64,000 nucleotides of DNA from Eledone cirrhosa (lineage: Eukaryota): contig OZ024741.1 in the NCBI GenBank assembly GCA_964016885.1, forward strand, positions 316,324,001 through 316,388,000, read 5' to 3'. The notes beneath the pieces were generated by a model that saw only the letters and a program-made list of their open reading frames with translations, searched no databases and was not told where the DNA came from. Both the position numbers and the translations under genes were made by a program. Numbering within the stretch: the stretch's first letter is position 1; every line of letters starts with the position of its first letter. Shown one piece after another: positions 54,378 through 64,000 of this stretch.

Positions 54378-55723
54378 GAGAGAGAGGGACACAGAGAGAG
54401 AAAGAGAGAGAGAGAAGTTACTTGAATGGCAAACACCTAGTGGCTTGCTTATTCATGGACAGATGGCTGCATACAAGGAAAGAGTTTCACAAGCTATCCT
54501 TCCTTTTATGTCTGGAAATTCAAACATGACTCTGTCCATCCCTTTATCTTGACTATCTGAAATGACCGGTCAGTCAATATCCAGATTTAAATGGCAGTTT
54601 TGCCAACTGACCAGGGAAGCTAGCCTGATGCAACCAGCAGGAACAGTAATGGTCATATGGTCAGTCATAATGGATCCAATTAAAATTCCTTAATCATTTC
54701 TCATCATCATCATTATCAGTGTCAACATGGGAGTAATCATCATAATTGCCATCACCATCATCACCATTGCCATCACAATAGTCACTATTGACACCACCAT
54801 TGGCATCATAATCATCTTTATCATCAAGGCTATCATCATCATCCTTGCCATCACTATCATCATCATCATCATAATTACTATTGTCACCATCGTTGTTTTT
54901 ATCATCAACATTGCTATAATTATCACCAGCACCAACACTAGCACCACCACCACCATCATCATTGTCAACATTATTCTCATTATTATTGTCACTCTTGCAC
55001 TTTTGCCACCAAGTGACATCACCACATCAATGAAGTCATCACATTAATCATCATCATCATCACCGTGATTGTCATCAGCAGCTTTCATGGCATCATCATC
55101 ATCGTCATCATCACCTTCATGACACTATGCCATTATTTCCTACAACCACCCTCAGAGGTGAAACAGCAGTCTGGTCATCGAGGTCAAATATAACTACAAC
55201 TTTTACCATAGCAACAATAGCATGTGTAATTGTAACAATTGTTCTAATATTTTTCTTCATAATTTCTTTCCATTCTTTCTTTCTATCTCATTGTTTTTTT
55301 TAAAGTTTTGTTACACTCATATTGTCTTTCATTATGTAAGGCAATGTAATGTGTGTATTTATGGTATGGTATAGTCCCATAACTCCTGATGGAGTTATAG
55401 GGGCATCATAGTGACATATGCCGTTTCTTGGGCATCTTAGGCCTGGCAGAGCCCATTCCCTCTCCAGGCCTGAGTACAGCAGATTTCTTCCAGAGAAGGT
55501 TAGAAAGTGAGAGAGAAATACAGAGAAAGAATGGACCCCAGTACTAAACTGGTACTTTTTTTATCAATCTCGAAAGGATGAAAGGCGAAGTTGACCTCGG
55601 CAGGATATGAACTCAGAGCTGGAACAAATGCCATAAAGCATTCTATCTAACATTCTAACATTTGCTGCCTGTGTGTATATGTATGCATGTCTGTATGTGT
55701 GCATAATGTCTTTCATTACGTTA

Positions 55724-55821
55724 GGTTAACTTTGCTTTTCATCCTTACGGGGTTGATAAAATAAAGCACCAGTAATACACTGGGATAATTGCTGGCCTTG
55801 TACCAAAAGTAGAAACAATTA
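55724..55821 (+). mobile_element. 5'-truncated Meta-like-core SINE
   Basis: Reverse complement of 51150-51247, roughly 88% identical by manual comparison. Confidence 0.8.
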
Positions 55822-56274
55822 TGTTTGGCAGTATATTTGTATATATATGTGTGTGTGTATGCATGTATGTGTCTACATGTGTGTCCGAGTGAACATAACT
55901 GGAGATTGATAGTCCATGGGCTTCACATAGGAAAGATTGATGCTATTGATGTTCTGTTTAAATTGTTGCAGATCCACTTGTTTGGGAAAAACATGAGCAG
56001 AGATGGGGTTCTGGAGAGCAAACAAAAACAAAGTGGGCAGGAAGGACTGAGTGTAGGAGTTAGTAGGAAGCATACACACTCACTAACACACTGCAAGCGT
56101 GGAAGATGGACGTTAAACGATGATGATGATGATGATGATGATGACATATATATAAATATATATATATGTAGTGGGATAACAGGTTGACTTAACAAGAAGT
56201 GAAGACTTTGTTTGCCAGTGAAGTAAACCTATTCCAGTCACAGAAACCATAAGGAACCCGAAGTGGTGATCATG

Positions 56275-56368
56275 AAGCTGCAGTAGAAGTAGACCAAGAA
56301 AGGCCTGAGCAGAGGTCATGAGAGCTAACCTTAAAACATTGAGACTCACTGAGGCGATGGCAGAATCA
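56275..56368 (+). mobile_element. RTE ORF-end fragment
   Basis: CSRSRPRKA*AEVMRANLKTLRLTEAM resembles the GRPRKTW..V..DL motif seen in other copies. Confidence 0.55.
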
Positions 56369-56377
56369 ATTTAACTG

Positions 56378-56461
56378 GTGATTTGTCATACAACAAACGA
56401 CACAAATGATTTGTCATACAACAAACGACACAAATGATTTGTCATACAACAAACGACACAT
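56378..56461. repeat. 28-bp near-perfect tandem triplication
   Basis: TGATTTGTCATACAACAAACGACACAAA x3. Confidence 0.9.
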
Positions 56462-58420
56462 AATAATGCCTATGATTTTCAAATTATTTTGAAAATAATC
56501 AAGTATTTGAAAGGTTTAGTATATAACTTGCTCATTATTCAGCTATAACTCCATTATTTCTAATAAAAGACATTGCCTATGATTTTCAAATATTTTTGAA
56601 AATAACCTAGAATTTCTCGTTATTTATTGGCTGTTTGGTACATAACCTAACCCTTTCATTACTGTATATCTAATGAACTACATTGCCAATAATTTTTAAA
56701 TAATCAAGAATTTGGAGCGATTTAATAGTAAACTTAATTTTCTCTTCATTTACTACATGGTTGGTACATGACAAACAATTTAAAATAAACAGTTACAGGT
56801 GTGGTTACAAGCGGTTTGGTATCAAAAGGGTTAGTATGTGTATGTATGTATGTGTGTGATGGAAGTGCATTTAAAGATGCAAGTTGTTTTGATGTTCATT
56901 TTATTTTGCTGTAACACCAATGACATCACATGTGCATTAGTGAGATTAAATGAAATGGAATGAGATTAAGAACATGAACATGGTGCAAAGTGAGCAAGTA
57001 TGTGCGCGTGTGTGAGGGAGAGAGAGGGAGAGAGAGAGGGGGGGGGTGAAGATATTACAAAATATGTGTTCTTATGTGTGTGTATAAAGATGAAGTCAGT
57101 GCTAAGTGTTTGTTTGTCTAAGTACTTGTGTGTGAGAGAGAGAGAAAGGGTGTGAGGGTAACATGAAGCTATTGCAAAGTATGTATTTTTATGAGTGTGT
57201 GTGTGTGTATAAGTGAAATAAAGATATTGCAAAGTATGTGTTTTTTTGTGTGTGTATGTGAGTGGGTGATATGAAGATATTGAAAAGTATTTTTGTGTAT
57301 CAGAGTGATATGAAGATATTGTTGTGTTCCATGCATATATGTGTTGTGTAGGTGAGATAGAGTCAGTGCAAAGTATATTTTTTATGTGTGTGTAATGAAG
57401 ATAGTGCAAATCATGTGTGTGTGTATGTGTGTTTGTGCGCCTGAGGGTAAGATGAAAAACTTGCAAAGTATATGCGTGTGTGTGTGTGTGTGTGTGTGTG
57501 TATCTGAGTGTGTGGATATGACTGTATGAGGATGTAAAGTATTAAATATGTATGGCGGTGGTGTCAATGATTGTGTGAGTGTACAAGTGTGAGATGAAGA
57601 GAGTACTAGTATGTGTGCATGTGTGTGTGCATGTGATTGTGCAAATTGTGTGTTAATGTATGTGTGTGCATGTATGAGTGTGCCAAGTGAGATGATGAAA
57701 GTAAAGTGTATGCATGTGTGCATGCATGCGTGTGAGAGTATATGTGTCTATGAGTGTGTGGTGTGTTTGTGTGCCTATGTATGCACATATTTATGCATGA
57801 TTGTGAGAGCACATGTATGATGCATGTGCAACTGGGTGCATTGTTATTATACACTGTGACAGAATGACATTGCACCAGGCAACAGCCAGCCTGTCTGTCT
57901 GCACACATGCAACGTGCATATGAAAGAGATGTTGCACTAACACGTGTAAATGAATGGTAATACCTGGAGAAGCGTTACTGCAGTTTCTTGATCTATAGCA
58001 ACACACACAGACACACATGCACAGATATACTTGCACTCACACGCATACAAATATACAATCTTACTGTTGCTTAAAAACACCACTACATCTACTACTTCTG
58101 CTACTACCACTTCAGTTACCTTTAATATGAACAATACTATAAACACCACCACTACAACTACAACTACTACTGAGCTAAGCACAACTACCAACTGAGCTAA
58201 GCACAAAGCCAACTCCACCACCACTACCATCACTATCACCACCTACCATTATTTTCAGGTAAAGACAATCAGCTGATTCATTAAACACATACACATTAAT
58301 ATATTACATTTACATACACACATACACACACTTAAAATGTCAAATGATAAATTCAAGAATACAAACTACCTAACTACCTAACTACCTAACAAACCAGCCA
58401 TCCAACTAATCAAGCTTTAA

Positions 58421-58636
58421 CCCTTTAGCATTTAAACCGGCTGTATCCAGCCAGAATTCTCTCACCTCTTTATGCTCAAAGTGTCTGTAACCGGCCACTC
58501 ATACTGATGTTAAGATATTGTTATCAAAATATTAAAATCACATAAATTCGATATTATGTGATATAATTATGTGAGATAAAGCCTTTAACCATGAAAATAT
58601 AATAGTAAATATAAAGTAATGTAAATGCTAAAGAGT
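58421..58636. mobile_element. piggyBac-type MITE family A
   Basis: TTAA|CCCTTTAGCATTTAAACCGG... with an eroded right end. Confidence 0.78.
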
Positions 58637-58739
58637 TCAAATATACAGCTTATTAGTGTAGACCCAGGAATGGTTTAGGGCAGTTTGATATCAAAGGAGT
58701 TAACTTCTACTTTTCTCCTTACTAAACCGTTTGTATTTG

Positions 58740-59135
58740 CAACAGCATTTACTGTTACACTTCTCAAATGTAGACTTTAATACCATATTTGGAATTTCTT
58801 CTTAAATTCTTCAACATAGTGCCAGGTCATCAGTATTCAGAGGTTCCTCTACTCCAGACAGCCACTCTATATATACAAGTTTCTCTACTATAGACAATCA
58901 CTTTATATACAATACTTCTCCCACTATAGACACCCATTCTATATACAACAGTTCACACACTCCAGACAGCCACTCTATATACACAAGTTCCTCCACTATA
59001 GACATCCACTCTAGTATTAAGAATTTCTCCATTATGGACAGCAAGTTTTCAACTCTTATGGGGAATTATTATAAATAAGAAGGGACCAAGAACTGAACCC
59101 AGAGAGACACCTAGCAGCACATTAAGATTGCTAAA
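58740..59135 (-). mobile_element. Degenerate LINE reverse-transcriptase core (RTE-like) interrupted by a 36-bp minisatellite
   Basis: Minus strand GVSLGSVLGPFLFII (GVxQGSxLSPxLF motif) ..ELKTCCP [tandem array] EPLNTDDLAL (ELLYADDL motif). Confidence 0.65.
58850..59040. repeat. 36-bp minisatellite, 5 copies
   Basis: Units ACTCCAGACAGCCACTCTATATATACAAGTTTCTCT, ACTATAGACAATCACTTTATATACAATACTTCTCCC and so on. Confidence 0.85.
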
Positions 59136-59169
59136 TTTCACTACACTGATAATATCTCGATACATGGAC

Positions 59170-59460
59170 ACAGAAATGCTGGGTCATCATGAAGTCCCAA
59201 GTTCAATCCTACTGCATGGCATCTTGGTAAAGTGTGATTACCATAGTCTCAGTTTAACCCAAGTCTTTTGAGTGAAATTGGGTAGACAGAAACTGTATGG
59301 AAGCTCATCAGATGGACTCTACCTGCAATTTAAAGGTCCAGCCTTGTCATGCTGATTCAGATTGAGAGTTATATTGAGAGTACATGTATATGTGCAATAT
59401 TCAACCATTCAACCACTTACATGTAGATTCTGTTGATCGAACAACTGAATGCTCATTTTA
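59170..59460 (+). mobile_element. Old tRNA-derived SINE, third body type
   Basis: B-box-like AGTTCAATCC; body ..CCAGCCTTGTCA..CCACTTACA.. shared with 1920-2090(+), 3640-3790(-) and 47760-47930(-). Confidence 0.6.
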
Positions 59461-59567
59461 AACAGTTCTTACAAGTTATTCACCCATACCTGGTTTTCTT
59501 ATTAACTAACAGTCAAAAGCCTCACCCAGTTCAATAAAAGTTAGGTATATAGCTTTCTTTTAATTAA

Positions 59568-59801
59568 CCCTTTTGTTACTATATTTCTAATGAAAGACAA
59601 TGCCTGTGATTTTCTAATCATTTTGAAAATAATCAACAATTTGGAGGGATTTAGCAATATAACTAACTTTCTTGTTATTATGCTGGTGTTAGGAACATAA
59701 AAGGTTCTTATATAGTTAGAATGGAAGGTATAAACACTTTGAAATAAAGTTTTGTATCATAGAGCCAGGGGTGGTTTCAGGCAGTTTGGTAAAAAAAAGG
59801 G
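59568..59801. mobile_element. piggyBac-type MITE family B
   Basis: TTAA|CCCTTTTGTTAC...GTAAAAAAAAGGG|TTAA. Related copies at 56651-56830, about 45461-45710 (reverse), 16288-16450, 56460-56650 and 30-200 (reverse). Confidence 0.75.
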
Positions 59802-60751
59802 TTAAGAATGTTTGTAGCTTTCTTATTAGGAATGAAGACAAGCGCATCAATGATACCCTATCCTGACACAAACCTGATATATTTTTCATCTAACTTAATT
59901 AATATTCTTCCAATTTAGTTTGTACTATAACTATTTCTGTTATTTAATTTTATTAATCCTGGAAGGCTGAAGGGCAAAGTAGGCCTCAGTGAGATTTGAA
60001 CTAAAGAACAACATGAAGGGGAAGAACAATATATCACAAGGGATTTTTGTTTGATGCTTTAATGCCAATCTACCATTAGAATTTTGTCTGATGCCAATCT
60101 ACCACAACCATCATTGTATAGTGTGGCCTAACACACACCTAACCAAAAAGACACAGGATCGTTGTGTTTGGAATGCCTTTGATCTTAGGTCTATTCAATC
60201 AAGGCTCACCAGGTGGTAGTGGGGTTTGAATTCAGGTTACACCAAGTGGGAGAGAAAGTGTATGTGAGAGAGAGAGATTGAGTGAGAGAGAAAGAGAGGA
60301 TGTATGTGCGCGGAAGTGTGAGAGAGAGAGAGAGTGAATGAGAAAAGTTGTGTAAGAGAAAATGTGTATGTGAAAAGGTGTGTGTGAGTAGAGAGAGAAA
60401 GGGAGTGAGAATGAGAGGGTGAAAGACTGAATGTTGTCATTAATTGTGTCTGACTACACAGTAAGCTTTTAAAATATTTTTTTGCCAATAACACACCACT
60501 ACCACCTCTACGACCACACCACAACTGTCACCACTAAACCATTATTGTCACCACCAACACATTACCACTATCACTACAACACTACTGAGACCACAACCAC
60601 TGTCACTACCACAACGCCACTGTCACCACCACTTCCACCACCATCACTGCTTTTGCGTAGCTCCATACATTTATATGTAATTATATACAAAATAAACCAC
60701 GTTCCCACACATACACACGTATACGCTATTGCTAAATCATTACATCACACC

Positions 60752-63700
60752 ATTGTCACTAACTAATACAACTACTACCACCACTACTGCCATATCACCA
60801 GCACCACTGTCACTAATACAACTACTACCACCACTACTGCCATATCACCAGCACCACTATCACTAACTAATACAACTACTACCACCACTACTACCATATC
60901 ACCAGCACCACTATCACTAACTAATACAACTACTACCACCACTACTGCCATATCACCAGCACCACTATCACTAACTAATACAACTACTACCACCACTACT
61001 ACCATATCACCAGCACCACTATCACTAACTAATACAACTACTACCACCACTACTGCCATATCACCAGCACCACTGTCACTAACTAATACGACCACTACCA
61101 CCACTACTGCCATATCACCAGCACCACTATCACTAACTAATACAACTACTACCACCACTACTGTCATATCACCAGCACCACTGTCACTAACTAATACAAC
61201 TACTACCACCACTACTGCCATATCACCAGCACCACTGTCACTAATACAACTACTACCACCACTACTGCCATATCACCAGCACCACTGTCACTAACTAATA
61301 CAACTACTACCACCACTACTGCCATATCACCAGCACCACTATCACTAACTAATACAACTACTACCACCACCACTGCCATATCACCAGCACCACTATCACT
61401 AACTAATACAACTACTACCACCACCACTGCCATATCACCAGCACCACTATCACTAACTAATACAACTACTACCACCACTACTACCATATCACCAGCACCA
61501 CTATCACTAACTAATACAACTACTACCACCACTACTGTCATATCACCAGCACCACTATCACTAACTAATACAACTACTACCACCACTACTACCATATCAC
61601 CAGCACCACTATCACTAACTAATACAACTACTAACACCACCTCTGCCATATCACCAGCACCACTATCACTAACTAATACAACTACTACCACCACTACTGC
61701 CATATCACCAGCACCACTATCACTAACTAATACAACTACTACCACCACTACTGCCATATCACCAGCACCACTATCACTAACTAATACAACTACTACCACC
61801 ACTACTGCCATATCACCAGCACCACTGTCACTAACTAATGTGACCACTACCACCACTACTGCCATATCACCAGCACCACTATCACTAACTAATACAACTA
61901 CTACCACCACTACTGCCATATCACCAGCACCACTGTCACTAACTAATACAACTACTACCACCACCACTGCCATATCACCAGCACCACTATCACTAACTAA
62001 TACAACTACTACCACCACTACTGCCATATCACCAGCACCACTGTCACTAACTAATGTGACCACTACCACCACTATTGCCATATCACCAGCACCACTATCA
62101 CTAACTAATACAACTACTACCACCACTACTGCCATATCACCAGCACCACTATCACTAACTAATACAACTACTACCACCACCACTGCCATATCACCAGCAC
62201 CACTATCACTAACTAATACAACCACTACCACCACTACTGCCATATGACCAGCACCACTGTCACTAACTAATACAACTACTACCACCACTACTGCCATATC
62301 ACCAGCACCACTATCACTAACTAATACAACTACTACCACCACTACTGCCATATGACCAGCACCACTGTCACTAACTAATACAACTACTACCACCACTATT
62401 GCCATATCACCAGCACCACTATCACTAACTAATACAACTACTACCACCACTACTGCCATATCACCAGCACCACTATCACTAACTAATACAACTACTACCA
62501 CCACTACTGCCATATCACCAGCACCACTGTCACTAACTAATACAACTACTACCACCACTACTGTCATATCACCAGCACCACTGTCACTAACTAATACAAC
62601 TACTACCACCACTACTGCCATATCACCAGCACCACTGTCACTAACTAATACAACCACTACCACCACTACTGCCATATCACCAGCACCACTATCACTAACT
62701 AATACAACTACTACCACCACTACTGCCATATCACCAGCACCACTGTCACTAACTAATACAACTACTACCACCACTACTGTCATATCACCAGCACCACTGT
62801 CACTAACTAATACAACTACTACCACCACTACTGCCATATCACCAGCACCACTGTCACTAACTAATACAACCACTACCACCACTACTGCCATATCACCAGC
62901 ACCACTATCACTAACTAATACAACTACTACCACCACTACTGCCATATCACCAGCACCACTGTCACTAACTAATGTGACCACTACCACCACTACTGTCATA
63001 TCACCAGCACCACTATCACTAACTAATACAACCACTACCACCACTACTGTCATATCACCAGCACCACTATCACTAACTAATACAACCACTACCACCACTA
63101 CTGCCATATCACCAGCACCACTGTCACTAACTAATACAACTACTACCACCACCACTGCCATATCACCAGCACCACTGTCACTAACTAATACAACTACTAC
63201 CACCACTACTGCCATATCACCAGCACCACTATCACTAACTAATGTGACCACTACCACCACTACTGCCATATCACCAGCACCACTATCACTAACTAATACA
63301 ACTACTACCACCACTACTGCCATATCACCAGCACCACTATCACTAACTAATACAACTACTACCACCACTACTACCATATCACCAGCACCACTATCACTAA
63401 CTAATACAACTACTACCACCACTACTGCCATATCACCAGCACCACTATCACTAACTAATACAACCACTACCACCACTACTGCCATATCACCAGCACCACT
63501 ATCACTAACTAATACAACTACTACCACCACTACTGCCATATCACCAGCACCACTGTCACTAACTAATACAACTACTACCACCACCACTGCCATATCACCA
63601 GCACCACTGTCACTAACTAATACAACTACTACCACCACTACTGCCATATCACCAGCACCACTGTCACTAACTAATACAACTACTACCACCACTACTGCCA

Positions 63701-64000
63701 TATCACCAGCACCACTATCACTAACTAATACAACTACTACCACCACTACTGCCATATCACCAGCACCACTGTCACTAACTAATACAACTACTACCACCAC
63801 CACTGCCATATCACCAGCACCACTGTCACTAACTAATACAACTACTACCACCACTACTCCCATATCACCAGCACCACTGTCACTAACTAATACGACCACT
63901 ACCACCACTACTGCCATATCACCAGCACCACTATCACTAACTAATACAACTACTACCACCACTACTGCCATATCACCAGCACCACTGTCACTAACTAATA
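60752..64000. repeat. 54-bp minisatellite, ~60 copies, runs off the window
   Basis: Unit ACTAACTAATACAACTACTACCACCACTACTGCCATATCACCAGCACCACTRTC; two 50-bp variant units near 60810 and 61240. Confidence 0.97.

Noticed and set aside
61212-63971. 919-aa ORF (MAVVVVVVVLVSDSGAGD)n
   Set aside because: By-product of a 54-bp (multiple of 3) tandem repeat; no unique domain or splice context; frame broken by 50-bp units.

Overview
AT-rich, microsatellite-saturated animal genomic DNA; the SINE/RTE/MITE/Penelope mix and the (TA)n/(CA)n/(CAT)n load suggest an octopus-like coleoid cephalopod (inference). The only host-gene exon I can support is a 30-nt microexon on the minus strand (51377-51406). It encodes (R)STHNELEKN(R), the basic region of a Mad/Mxi1 (MXD family) bHLH-ZIP repressor. 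I found no neighbouring exon by eye, so the window appears to be almost entirely intron (>51 kb on one side, >12 kb on the other). The introns carry tRNA-derived SINEs, RTE fragments, an L1/Tx1-clade LINE 3' end with a 175-bp inverted duplication, an RLE-type LINE fragment, a Penelope GIY-YIG remnant, piggyBac- and Tigger-like MITEs and several minisatellites. Most notable: (i) type I hammerhead or hammerhead-like motifs, all complete ones antisense to the host gene; (ii) a (TA)n-embedded element family whose terminal hairpin shows compensatory changes across three copies; (iii) inverted SINEs flanking the frame-preserving DNA-binding microexon. Nearly all ORFs in the supplied track are microsatellite artefacts. 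Identities and copy numbers were estimated by eye.
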